The position numbers and the translations under genes were made by a program. From the sequence record MK250019.1: a stretch of DNA of 64,000 nt. The stretch is one strand, 5' to 3'. Shown here piece by piece: positions 31,342-41,612 of this stretch (positions are counted from its first letter, which is position 1; each line of letters begins with the position of its first letter). Below the pieces are notes generated by a model, which saw only the letters and a program-made list of their open reading frames with translations, was not told the origin of the DNA and made no database searches.

Positions 31342-33312
31342 TTAGACCTCTTCGTATTCTGCTTCCTGAACGTTATCATCTGTCTTTGAATTCTCAGATG
31401 TTGAATTATTTGCAGTTGCATCACCAAAACCTGCATTTGCAAACATATCGTTAGGGTTTTGTGCAGAATTTTCCTGAGGTTGAGAACCACCAGCATTCTT
31501 ATACATTTCCTCAACAATTGGCTTAAATACTGTCTCAAGTTCTACACGTGCAGATTCTGCTGCAACAGCATCCTTCTTAGAAACTGCATCAAGTACTGCA
31601 CTAATCTTTGTCTTCAATGTATCTTTCTTATCAGAAGGAATTGATGAACCTGTCTTCTCATCATCCATATACTTCTGAACCTGAGTTGCATACTGCTCTG
31701 CACCATTCAACTTATCAACTTCATCCTTCTTCTTCTTATCTGCTTCTGCAAACTTCTCTGCATCTGCCTTAATACGTGCAATCTCTTCATCTGAAAGTGC
31801 ATTAGGAGACTGAATTGTTACCTTCTGCTCTTTATTTGTACCCTTATCTGTTGCTGTTACTTCAAGAATACCATCTGCATTAATATCAAATGTTACTTCA
31901 ATCTGAGGAACACCCTTTGGTGCAGGTGCAATACCCTCCAAATTAAAATTACCAATTACCTTATTATCTGCAGACATTGGACGCTCACCCTGAAGAACCT
32001 TAATTGTTACTGCAGGCTGATTATCTACTGCTGTAGTAAATACCTGTGACTTACGTGTAGGAATAGTTGTATTTGCATCAATCAACTTTGCCATCTCACA
32101 ACCATTTACCTCAATACCCAATGAAATTGGTGTTACATCAAGAAGAAGAACTGAATCTTCTGTTGCATTACCAGCAAGTGTATTTGCCTGAATTGCAGCA
32201 CCAAGGGCAACAGCCTCATCAAAATTACAAGTCTTATTCAATGGCTTGTTAAATGACTTCTCCAATGCAGACTGAACTGAAGGAATACGAGAAGAACCAC
32301 CAACCAAAAGAATCTCACTAATCTGATCTTCTGTAATACCAGCCTTCTCTACTGCACGATGCGCAATATCAACAACCTTATTTGTCAAATCTTCAGTAAG
32401 TCTCTCAAATGTTGCACGATTAAGTGTCTTCATCAACATCTGTGGAACACCATCAGCAACAGTAATATAAGGAAGATTAATCTCTGTCTGAGTAGCAGTA
32501 GACAACTCACACTTTGCTTTCTCTGCTGCTTCTACAAGACGAGCATATGCCATCTTATCCTTACTCAAATCAATACCTGTATCGTTCTTAAACTCATCAA
32601 TAAGCCACTGAACAATAGCATTATCATAATTCTGTCCTCCAAGGAATACATCACCATCTGATGCAAGAACCTCAATCATACCATCAGAAATCTCTACAAT
32701 GGATACATCTTCTGTACCACAACCAAGGTCATTTACAAGAACAATCTTGTCACCATTTTTTGTATCAATATTAGAAGAAAGAACTGCTGCAGTAGGTTCA
32801 TTAATAATACGAAGTACATTCAAACCTGCCAACTGTCCAGCTACCTTAGTAGCATTACGCTGAATATCATTAAACCAAGCAGGAACAGTAATTACAGCAT
32901 CTTTACAATCATCTGTTCCATAATATCCCTTTGCAACTTCATACATATTCTTAAGAATCATAGATGAAATTTGCTCAGGTGAATATGTTTTATCGTCAAT
33001 CTTTAGACGAGGATTTCCATTTTCATCGACAACATCATATGTTACCATCTTCAACATTTTCTGTACATCTGTATCATCCCATTTTGCACCCATAAAACGT
33101 TTTACAAATGAAATGGTATTTTTTGGATTCATTACCATACCACGCTTTGCAGCTGCACCAATTTTTGTTTCATCACCTTTAATGTACACTACTGATGGCG
33201 TTGTCTTATAACCATCTGCATTTTCAATTACTTTAGCTTTGTTTGCCTCGATGATGGCTACCGCACTGTTTCCAGTACCTAGGTCCAAACCAATAACTTT
33301 CTTGTTGCTCAT
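31342..33312 (-). CDS. dnaK: Chaperone DnaK/Hsp70
   Basis: GLDLGTGNS, AVITVPAWFND, INEPTAA, LLVGGSSRIP, DINADGIL. Confidence 0.97.
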   Translation of the reverse strand: MSNKKVIGLDLGTGNSAVAIIEANKAKVIENADGYKTTPSVVYIKGDETKIGAAAKRGMVMNPKNTISFVKRFMGAKWDDTDVQKMLKMVTYDVVDENGNPRLKIDDKTYSPEQISSMILKNMYEVAKGYYGTDDCKDAVITVPAWFNDIQRNATKVAGQLAGLNVLRIINEPTAAVLSSNIDTKNGDKIVLVNDLGCGTEDVSIVEISDGMIEVLASDGDVFLGGQNYDNAIVQWLIDEFKNDTGIDLSKDKMAYARLVEAAEKAKCELSTATQTEINLPYITVADGVPQMLMKTLNRATFERLTEDLTNKVVDIAHRAVEKAGITEDQISEILLVGGSSRIPSVQSALEKSFNKPLNKTCNFDEAVALGAAIQANTLAGNATEDSVLLLDVTPISLGIEVNGCEMAKLIDANTTIPTRKSQVFTTAVDNQPAVTIKVLQGERPMSADNKVIGNFNLEGIAPAPKGVPQIEVTFDINADGILEVTATDKGTNKEQKVTIQSPNALSDEEIARIKADAEKFAEADKKKKDEVDKLNGAEQYATQVQKYMDDEKTGSSIPSDKKDTLKTKISAVLDAVSKKDAVAAESARVELETVFKPIVEEMYKNAGGSQPQENSAQNPNDMFANAGFGDATANNSTSENSKTDDNVQEAEYEEV

Positions 33313-33429
33313 AATTTTATTATGTATTTAATTTTTGTTGCTCAATAACTTCATATGTTAAACATACGGAGTTATTGTATAAATTTATTATTTAATTATT
33401 TTATATTCTATCTATTTATAGAGAAAAAA

Positions 33430-34437
33430 TTATAAATTGTCTATTTTTCTAATAATTTTTTCTAATTTTATTTTCATATCATTTATATTAATAGGAAATA
33501 TTTCATAATAATTTAATTTATTATTAATAGCAATATTTCTTTTATTAACATCTCTATATCTCCAATTATATGCTGCATTTTTATAATAGTCTGATTTATT
33601 CATCCATTTATTAAATAAATTTATATCATCTAAATCGTTTTCATTAAATGGATGTTTTCCATGTGTCCAACTTGCATTAATTTCTATATATGTATTTTTA
33701 TCTTCAATATAAAAATCACAATTAAATGGATATTCTTCAGATTTATATTGTCTTATTACTTTATTATAATGTTCAATTAATATATTATATGCAATATCTT
33801 CATATTTAGATGTATTAAATGTATTATTACGTTCTTTTGTTTTATTTGATTTATTTTTAATATCATCTAATTGAAATACATTGTTTATATTAGAACCATA
33901 TTTATTATGTAATGTTTTTAAGACTTTATCTTTATTTAAAAATGCATATTCATAACCTGTTTTAGTTTTAATTGTATTACGAATTTTATCTCTTATTTCT
34001 TTTCGTTGTAAATTATAATTAACATTATAATTTTTTTGATTAGATAATTTACAATTAGATATTGATTTTTCTTTAATTAAGTCATTTTTCATAGGATTAT
34101 CAACTCCATACTTTTTTAAACAAGTATCCTTTTGTTTTCTTAATGTAATTTGTTTTCCTTTATCAGAATATTTACAATTATTAGAACAAAATGTTTTATA
34201 TCCTAATGAAAATCTTTCTAACTTTATTTCTTTATGACATATAGGACATAAAGGTCTATTGCTTAAATGATAAAGAATCATATAGAGACATTCTGATAAC
34301 TTTATATTTTCGATATGTTTAAATTTATCTTTTATATAAAGTTGATCTTCTGTATCTATATGATTCCAATATTGACAATTATTTTTAATAGAATTATTTT
34401 CTATATATTTTGATATTATCTAATTATCTTTATTCAT
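33430..34437 (-). mobile_element. Putative homing endonuclease: Zn-ribbon, KYGV repeat, C-terminal PD-(D/E)xK-like domain (335 aa; TAG at codon 6)
   Basis: CPICHKE..TFCSNNC, CLKKYGVDNP, YPFNCDFYIEDKNTYIEINASWTHG; start extended to the ATG at 34437. Confidence 0.7.
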
Positions 34438-35303
34438 TTCAATAATTTAGGTTTATTCCTTGCATTTCTTAAATTCATATCCATATAGCCTCCCATTGCC
34501 CAACGTCCTCTTGGTTCCATTTCTTCTAAAACTTCCATACGTCTTACACATATCGATTTCCAAAAATCTGTTGCTTCTTGTACTCTACTTCTCTTTCTAT
34601 CTTTAAATGACGTTCCTTCATAATCGGTCCAATATCTTTGTGGAGCATCAGTATTTTCGATACCTTCTTTTCTATTATTCACTTTTAATGCATTATTAGG
34701 AATAAATGAAAAAGCTTTATTACCGATACGTGACATAAAATTAGAAGCAGAACCTGGTTTCAATTTACTTTCATCACCTTTTTTATGATAACCAGGATAT
34801 GTAGCATCATTTGTTCCTATAAGATAACCATATGTTTTATCTTTTGGTTTATAATAAATTGAATCTTGATTAAAATATTCAGCTAAAGATAAAAGATTAT
34901 TTAAGAAATTAGGATCATTAAATCTATTTACAACAAAAAAACTTTCCTCTGATGACTCATTATTCATTCCTTCTGGATATATTCCTTTTACGGTAGTTAC
35001 ACCATACTTTAAGTTTAATAATTCTGCTTTTAATAATTTATTTTTTTCTCGATTTTCTTCATGAGTAAATATTTTTTTGTCCACCCAATTATCATTTGGT
35101 CCATAATAAGTTTTATCTGGATTTGCAATGTCAATTAACTTATATCTAAATGCAGTAATAAATGCACAATCACATTTATTTAACCATAACATCATACGGT
35201 TAAGTGATTTTTCATTTAACTCATTATTATATATTGCTATATTATTGAAATTATCAACTTCTTCTAATAATTTCTTTTTTATTGCATCATCAAAGTTATT
35301 CAT
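34434..35303 (-). CDS. Hypothetical protein
   Basis: 289-aa ORF; TATAAATA at 35322-35329 upstream. Confidence 0.8.
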   Translation of the reverse strand: MNNFDDAIKKKLLEEVDNFNNIAIYNNELNEKSLNRMMLWLNKCDCAFITAFRYKLIDIANPDKTYYGPNDNWVDKKIFTHEENREKNKLLKAELLNLKYGVTTVKGIYPEGMNNESSEESFFVVNRFNDPNFLNNLLSLAEYFNQDSIYYKPKDKTYGYLIGTNDATYPGYHKKGDESKLKPGSASNFMSRIGNKAFSFIPNNALKVNNRKEGIENTDAPQRYWTDYEGTSFKDRKRSRVQEATDFWKSICVRRMEVLEEMEPRGRWAMGGYMDMNLRNARNKPKLLK

Positions 35304-35316
35304 AATAAAATATTTT

Positions 35317-35811
35317 TTAATTATTTATATCCTCCCTAATAGAATGAAGTGTATTCAATATTTTTTTCTGCTTTCTTGTAAGTGCTTTCTTATTTCGTTT
35401 GAAAAAAATAATATAAAGAATATAACATCCTGGATCTCCATTTGGAAAATGAGTATCATTTCTATTTCCATTATACATAGAATATGTTGTTAAAATATCA
35501 TAATCAACAAAATCATTTGGATTAAGATATGCACCAGGTACTTTATACCAATAATTAAACATTTTTCTAATAACAGATTTTTTCACACGTCCAATACGTA
35601 ATTGCATATACAAGTCTGTATGAAAATGCATGAGATGCGTTTGTACATCTCTCTTATCATATTCATCTGGAATTCTATGTTCACGTTTTTGAATAGATTT
35701 CAATCTATTCTTTTTATACCAATTAATGTAAGGTATACATTTACTTTCCCAAAACTTATATTTATCAGACCATGCATTTCTTGCATGAACAACACCACTT
35801 CTATATTTCAT
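35317..35811 (-). CDS. Hypothetical protein
   Basis: 164-aa ORF. Confidence 0.7.
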   Translation of the reverse strand: MKYRSGVVHARNAWSDKYKFWESKCIPYINWYKKNRLKSIQKREHRIPDEYDKRDVQTHLMHFHTDLYMQLRIGRVKKSVIRKMFNYWYKVPGAYLNPNDFVDYDILTTYSMYNGNRNDTHFPNGDPGCYILYIIFFKRNKKALTRKQKKILNTLHSIREDINN

Positions 35812-35813
35812 AG

Positions 35814-36362
35814 TTAAATATACTTTTTATCTGTTTCACAAAAAATAGGTTTACAATCTTTAATGCCAACCCATTGAACAAATTCACCGAAAAGATTATA
35901 TGCCTTTACTCTTGAACATGGTTTATTCAATAAAAGTATATAATATATCTTTCCTTTATGTTTAATCATTTTTAATTCTGAACTATTATCTTCTGATGAA
36001 ATAGTAAGAGACATTTCATCTTGAAGATTTCTCATAATATTTTTACTATCATGAATAATAGCTTTATGATTTGGTAACATACTTATTAATGCTGTATATT
36101 CATCAATCGATTTATCTTCATTGATTTTAGTTGCAACATATTCTTTGCCATTATGTTTCCACTTTTCTGTTTTATTTGCAAATTGAGTATTTACAATCAT
36201 ACATGCATTTTTATAAGATATGTATTTATACCCATTTATATCTTTCTCCATAACACGACGATCTTCACCATCATTCCATGGAGAAAGTTTAAGATAATGA
36301 GATGGCATAACCTTATATACAACCTCATTACAATCCTGTATATATTGTTTTTGATCGTCCAT
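35814..36362 (-). CDS. Hypothetical protein
   Basis: 182-aa ORF. Confidence 0.7.
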   Translation of the reverse strand: MDDQKQYIQDCNEVVYKVMPSHYLKLSPWNDGEDRRVMEKDINGYKYISYKNACMIVNTQFANKTEKWKHNGKEYVATKINEDKSIDEYTALISMLPNHKAIIHDSKNIMRNLQDEMSLTISSEDNSSELKMIKHKGKIYYILLLNKPCSRVKAYNLFGEFVQWVGIKDCKPIFCETDKKYI

Positions 36363-36415
36363 ATATTAATAATTTTATTTTCTACAACTATTTATATATA
36401 GAAAAATCAAAAAGT

Positions 36416-36835
36416 TTACTTCAACATATCTAAATAAAACAGTTTTTCTTCATCACTTGGACATTCCAAAATATGAAGTTCAAACACAGGAGTTATTTTA
36501 ATCAATTTCTGACTATATGTTTGCCAATGACTATATGATATATTGTTAAACTGTTTAAATGAACCTATGAAATCTTTTATACAAATATTTTCATTAATTA
36601 AATCTGCAATAACATGAAATTCATCTTGTCCATTTAACAAATGAATATTACCAATATTATCTTTATATGCATTAATTTGAAATGTATCTCTGCACATAAT
36701 TCGCAAAAACATTTTATTAATAAGTTTTTGCTTATCTATATTTTCATTAATGGGCTCTTCAAACTGTAAGACTTCTGAAGCTTTTAAGTTTTTAAGCTCA
36801 TTATATGAAACTGTTTTTATATCAATATAAACCAT
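36416..36835 (-). CDS. Hypothetical protein
   Basis: 139-aa ORF. Confidence 0.7.
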   Translation of the reverse strand: MVYIDIKTVSYNELKNLKASEVLQFEEPINENIDKQKLINKMFLRIMCRDTFQINAYKDNIGNIHLLNGQDEFHVIADLINENICIKDFIGSFKQFNNISYSHWQTYSQKLIKITPVFELHILECPSDEEKLFYLDMLK

Positions 36836-36840
36836 AATTC

Positions 36841-37056
36841 TTAAAATATTTTAAAATCTTTATTTTCATATAAATTTGAAATAGGCTTAAACAATCTCAA
36901 TACAATTAAACCTACTGCAACAACAAGAATTCCCCATAGTGAACCACTTGCAACCATAACAAAACCTTGATAAATTGCATAAAATGGTAAACAAATGATA
37001 CCTAATACTGTCAAAAACAATACAAATGCAAAGATATACTTAAATAATGTTGTCAT
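36841..37056 (-). CDS. Small two-TM membrane protein
   Basis: Two hydrophobic helices; first gene after a promoter box. Confidence 0.7.
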   Translation of the reverse strand: MTTLFKYIFAFVLFLTVLGIICLPFYAIYQGFVMVASGSLWGILVVAVGLIVLRLFKPISNLYENKDFKIF

Positions 37057-37096
37057 AATTTTATATTTTTTAATTGTTTATACTTTATTTATATTA

Positions 37097-37106
37097 CAAA
37101 GATACA
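37097..37106 (-). promoter_or_regulatory. TGTATCTTTG -7 box
   Basis: About 40 nt upstream of the ATG at 37056. Confidence 0.75.
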
Positions 37107-37164
37107 TATTTTATTTCAAATAAAAAAATCAGTTACCTAAAAAAATAGATAACTGATTTAATAT

Positions 37165-38550
37165 TTAATAATACTTATCTCTTGAAATTTCATATGTATT
37201 TTCACTTTCATTAAAATCACATACAGAGTTATTATCTACATCAAATATAACCTGACGTGTTAATTCAGTAACAACATATGGAGCATCAGAAGGCCAACGA
37301 TATTTAAGATGTTTTGATGTCTTTGTATATGTACATATAAGTTTCCTATTATTTAAATTAATATTAATTTTATCAACATCTTTCTGATCACAAAAATAAT
37401 GTGATTGATTATGTTTACCAATAATATATAATTTTTGATTTTTATTATATTCTGAACATTCTCTAATGATAGTTCTATATGCATAAGTTGCATCTGCCAT
37501 CTTAGTTTTTGTTAAATCTATAATCTTATTATAATAGTTTTTATTGATATATTCAAGAATATCATAATCAAGATAACCTGTCCATGGAGTTATCGCTATA
37601 TTATCAATCATCTTATCGATTTCATCATTTGTAAAAATTTCAGAAATTAATAAATCAACATATTCGCCATCGGATTCATAAGTTTTACTGAGTTTCACAA
37701 TTTCTTCATTAAGATCTGCTTTCTTAACAGATTTAATATATGATTTATAACATGAATATGCAACATCTTTTAAATCATTATTAATATCAATATGAATTAT
37801 AGGCACATTTATCTGCTTTAAAACAGTTTTTAATTCTTCTTTATATATTTTATAAAACTCTTCTTTATATGAACATGTAAGTTCTCTCATATAATCATAT
37901 ATTGATTTATCTCCAATAATATCAGATAATAATAATTTTAATGTACCATCTTTATCAATTCGCTTACTCTCACTTTTAGGATATATCTCTAATTTTCCAT
38001 AAGTTGTAATAAAATGTTCTTTTTTATATTTCTTTAAAATAAAACCATTAAATGAAAAATAATAAGCATTTTCTTTACAATCACAATAAGGCATCCAATA
38101 ACGTTGTTCTAATGTTATATGTATAGTAAACAACTTTTTTCTTGATTTATCACATTGCTCTTTAAACTTAAACATTGCTCTAGAATATGCAAGTCTTTCA
38201 TATCCTAAAAGTGATTTATAATTATAAGTACCATTATAAGAATCATCTAACCCTTCAAATTCATTGTATAAATTAAATGTATCTGCATGTAGTGGTAAAC
38301 CTGTTATCTTAATATTAAAGAAATTATATTCATTTTCTTTATATGAAGTATTTGTAAGTTTTGAGTATGTCAAAAGTTTACTTAAGAAAAACGATTTATA
38401 AAAATTTTGACATTCATTTATAAGAGCTTGTGCTTTATAATATTCTTCAACAAAATGACTTAAGTCTGAATAATTATTATAATCTGTCTTATGAAGTTCT
38501 ACTAATGATTTTTCTTTATCATTAATATCAAATTTATCTATATTATTCAT
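37165..38550 (-). CDS. Hypothetical protein
   Basis: 461-aa TAG-free ORF. Confidence 0.8.
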   Translation of the reverse strand: MNNIDKFDINDKEKSLVELHKTDYNNYSDLSHFVEEYYKAQALINECQNFYKSFFLSKLLTYSKLTNTSYKENEYNFFNIKITGLPLHADTFNLYNEFEGLDDSYNGTYNYKSLLGYERLAYSRAMFKFKEQCDKSRKKLFTIHITLEQRYWMPYCDCKENAYYFSFNGFILKKYKKEHFITTYGKLEIYPKSESKRIDKDGTLKLLLSDIIGDKSIYDYMRELTCSYKEEFYKIYKEELKTVLKQINVPIIHIDINNDLKDVAYSCYKSYIKSVKKADLNEEIVKLSKTYESDGEYVDLLISEIFTNDEIDKMIDNIAITPWTGYLDYDILEYINKNYYNKIIDLTKTKMADATYAYRTIIRECSEYNKNQKLYIIGKHNQSHYFCDQKDVDKININLNNRKLICTYTKTSKHLKYRWPSDAPYVVTELTRQVIFDVDNNSVCDFNESENTYEISRDKYY

Positions 38551-38562
38551 TAAATTATTATT

Positions 38563-39030
38563 TTATAGTTCATACATCATATACTTATTATTGTAATAAT
38601 ATTCTTCATGGTAATACATTCCATTACTAAATTCCCAAATTTGTTCTTTTGCTAAATTATTATCCGAAACAATATCATTCCAAACTTCAACACACATATC
38701 GCATGTACTTTCTAACTTACAACTTGGATTACGTTTTAAAAATTCTTCTGGTGAAGACTGTACAAAATTAGTTAAAACAAAATCACCTTTACCAATATTT
38801 AATTCACTAAAATATCCAATTCCATTATATCTTATTGTGAATCCCCATTCACCAGATACTTTATAATAAAAAGCTTCATGATTATTTGGATTTACATATT
38901 TAAGAATATAAATATCATCAAAATTTCTATCTCTACATATTTTCTTTAAATATATAGGAAACCATGGTAATATAATGTCAAAATGACTACTATATTTAGT
39001 TTTAATATCTGCTGTTTTTATTAATCCCAT
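38563..39030 (-). CDS. Hypothetical protein
   Basis: 155-aa ORF. Confidence 0.7.
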   Translation of the reverse strand: MGLIKTADIKTKYSSHFDIILPWFPIYLKKICRDRNFDDIYILKYVNPNNHEAFYYKVSGEWGFTIRYNGIGYFSELNIGKGDFVLTNFVQSSPEEFLKRNPSCKLESTCDMCVEVWNDIVSDNNLAKEQIWEFSNGMYYHEEYYYNNKYMMYEL

Positions 39031-39032
39031 AA

Positions 39033-39530
39033 TTAAATATCATAATTCATAAATTTATTTGTCTTTTTAGTATTATTTGCTTTAGTATCTATTATTGCTT
39101 TACCGAATTTATTACAATATGAAATTTCTAATGGTTCAAATATATTATATGTGTCATCAAAAGGTTTCCAAATAGAATTAAATTTATTACTATATCTAGA
39201 ATTAAATTTATTACTATATGTAGAAAAAGATCTAACAACAATAATATCACTTAAAAATGTATTATCTCTCAAATAATTAAATATTTCTTCTTTGATTTTT
39301 TTATATGTATTAGTATCTTCATCACAAATAGTATATGTTAATATATTACGAATAAACCCAGTATTTCCTACTAATTCGTGTACAATATATTCTGCAAATT
39401 GCTCTGCATATTCATCTTCATTTGTATAACGAAATATAAATATTTTTATTGTATCATCATCATTATTCCAATAATAAAAAACTTTATATATAGTTGATAT
39501 ATTATTAATTAAATTCTCATTAAATATCAT
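39033..39530 (-). CDS. Hypothetical protein with a tandem YSNKFNS duplication
   Basis: 165-aa ORF. Confidence 0.7.
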   Translation of the reverse strand: MIFNENLINNISTIYKVFYYWNNDDDTIKIFIFRYTNEDEYAEQFAEYIVHELVGNTGFIRNILTYTICDEDTNTYKKIKEEIFNYLRDNTFLSDIIVVRSFSTYSNKFNSRYSNKFNSIWKPFDDTYNIFEPLEISYCNKFGKAIIDTKANNTKKTNKFMNYDI

Positions 39531-39533
39531 ATA

Positions 39534-39932
39534 TTAAATTTCATATTTTGTATATGTTTTATCTACATTTGAATAAACAGATTTCGCAGATAAATTCATG
39601 ACTTCCAAAATATTATTATATTCTGCTTCAGTTATAAAAAATTTATTTCCAGATTTCAAAATAACCGTATAATTTAATTCTTCATCTTCACCATATTTCC
39701 TCATATCATTATTCATTTCAAGCGGTACTGCTAATGAAGATGATATAATATTTTGACAACTGTCTTTTAAACGTTTATCAAGACAAAGTCTTTTTACTGC
39801 ATCACCTATATTTTCACCACATGCTTCTGCCGTGTCGTATTCCAATAATTCATAAGGCCAAACAGGACCAAACATTTCAATCTGTGAGATATTAAGTACA
39901 ATACCATTATCTAATTTAATAAAACTATTCAT
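39534..39932 (-). CDS. Hypothetical protein
   Basis: 132-aa ORF. Confidence 0.7.
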   Translation of the reverse strand: MNSFIKLDNGIVLNISQIEMFGPVWPYELLEYDTAEACGENIGDAVKRLCLDKRLKDSCQNIISSSLAVPLEMNNDMRKYGEDEELNYTVILKSGNKFFITEAEYNNILEVMNLSAKSVYSNVDKTYTKYEI

Positions 39933-39947
39933 CTGCTTATCATAAAA

Positions 39948-40262
39948 TTAATCACGTTGTCCATGATATACTTCAGTACTAGGTGGTTTTGGTAAATATG
40001 TAAGTTTATATGTATATCTATAAAATGCATCACCAAAAACTTTCATAACCATCATATTTCTACAATAATCATGATATTCTTTTGAGTTAATATCCGGTCT
40101 AGGAAATTCAGTATTCATTTTATCTCTAATAAAGTCATAACATTTATTAGCCAAATTATCATAATCATATTTAGGAATATCATATCCACCAAACAATCTA
40201 TCTCTCGTTACTTTATCTTTATTTTCTTCAATAAAAGATTTCAAAAAATCATCATATGTCAT
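39948..40262 (-). CDS. Hypothetical protein
   Basis: 104-aa ORF. Confidence 0.7.
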   Translation of the reverse strand: MTYDDFLKSFIEENKDKVTRDRLFGGYDIPKYDYDNLANKCYDFIRDKMNTEFPRPDINSKEYHDYCRNMMVMKVFGDAFYRYTYKLTYLPKPPSTEVYHGQRD

Positions 40263-40337
40263 AATAACTAAAAATAAAAAGGTTACCTACCCTAATGTAG
40301 GTAAGTAACCTTGTAGTAATATTAATAAATTAACTTA

Positions 40338-40811
40338 TTAATTTCCTTCTGTCATATCAACAGGCTCATCAACAGTATCATCCAAATCAATGTCAAGATC
40401 ATCAATCTCAGACATCTCAAGAGCGAAACGGTCATCGTCATTAAAGTTCTTCAAGAACTTATCCATTACAAGCTTATACTTCGCAAGATCCTTCTTATCA
40501 TGAATCTCCTCAACTCGAAGCTTAAAATCATTATCCCATGTATCAATGGTAAATCCCAAAAACTTACGAGCTGAACAATTCTTCAAATCATCTGGACGAA
40601 CACCATACTGCTCAATTCTTGCTGTAATATTTGCATCACCATCATGTACGGATGCACCTGCACGAACAACATCGTCAATATTCATATTCTGTACCAAACC
40701 AAAAGGCTCACATGCTCGATTAGTCTTATACTCATACTTCTTACCCTCAAGCTGCTTTACCTTCTTTGCTGCAATCTTATACTTAGCAACAATCTCTTTA
40801 CGTGTAATCAT
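40338..40811 (-). CDS. Hypothetical protein
   Basis: 157-aa ORF with AAG/GAG-rich codon usage. Confidence 0.8.
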   Translation of the reverse strand: MITRKEIVAKYKIAAKKVKQLEGKKYEYKTNRACEPFGLVQNMNIDDVVRAGASVHDGDANITARIEQYGVRPDDLKNCSARKFLGFTIDTWDNDFKLRVEEIHDKKDLAKYKLVMDKFLKNFNDDDRFALEMSEIDDLDIDLDDTVDEPVDMTEGN

Positions 40812-40893
40812 AATTTATTATTAATTTAAATTAAACTTAATTTGTTATTCTTATTTGTATATAATTAAAAATTAATATTGTCTATATTTTATA

Positions 40894-41526
40894 TTAAAAA
40901 TCTTTTTTAAAAGTATCTACTTTTTTATGTTCACTATTAATATAATTTAATTCAGATATATATGAATCATAAAGAATTTCGCCAAACTTATCTTTCTTAA
41001 ATTCTTTTTCATAATTATCATCAGTAAATTCAATTTTTACTTTCTTTACACCCTTTCTAAATTTATTAATTATTTCAGGAGTAACATGCCAATAATTAAT
41101 ATTACGAGAAACATCTATAGAATTTGAATTATATGTAGATGTAATCCTATTCTTCCATACTGTTGATGTTATAGTAGGTTTAGCATATTGTATTGTAGTT
41201 TCTGTATATTCTGATGTAACTGAATGCAATTCTATAACTTCGTCATCCATTAATTTTACAAGCATTCTTGCATTATTAAATACACCTAATGGATATGAGG
41301 AATTCACATTTGTTATAACACAAAAACTTGTATCATTTGGTGAAATCCATGTTTGCAAACCAATATTTAAAATTTTACTATCAGTAAATTTACGTACACA
41401 TGTGCCTAATGCTTCTATTGTTCTCACAGAATCTACCTGTTTATCAACAACAATTTTACGTGTTTGAGCATTTACATTCGTAATAGTTGCAATCAACATT
41501 ACAAAAATTAACAAATACTTTTTCAT
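40894..41526 (-). CDS. Secreted protein (signal peptide)
   Basis: MKKYLLIFVMLIATITNVNA-Q cleavage pattern. Confidence 0.75.
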   Translation of the reverse strand: MKKYLLIFVMLIATITNVNAQTRKIVVDKQVDSVRTIEALGTCVRKFTDSKILNIGLQTWISPNDTSFCVITNVNSSYPLGVFNNARMLVKLMDDEVIELHSVTSEYTETTIQYAKPTITSTVWKNRITSTYNSNSIDVSRNINYWHVTPEIINKFRKGVKKVKIEFTDDNYEKEFKKDKFGEILYDSYISELNYINSEHKKVDTFKKDF

Positions 41527-41566
41527 ATCTTTATATTTTTAATTGTTTATTATTTTATTAACAATA

Positions 41567-41576
41567 CAAAGATACA
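41567..41576 (-). promoter_or_regulatory. TGTATCTTTG -7 box
   Basis: About 40 nt upstream of the ATG at 41526. Confidence 0.75.
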
Positions 41577-41612
41577 CATTATTCTTTAAATAAAAAAATA
41601 ATAGCCAAATAA

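Noticed and set aside
23929-33312. Bacterial chromosome or contamination because of fhs, dnaK and dnaJ
   Set aside because: These genes are interleaved with the portal, gp55, UvsW and suppressor tRNAs, share terminator style, and show no junction or integrase
36416-36835. DUF262/ParB-like call from HLLNGQDEF
   Set aside because: Too weak a match to the DGQQR motif
39165-39225. 24-nt tandem duplication
   Set aside because: An in-frame two-copy micro-duplication with no sign of function
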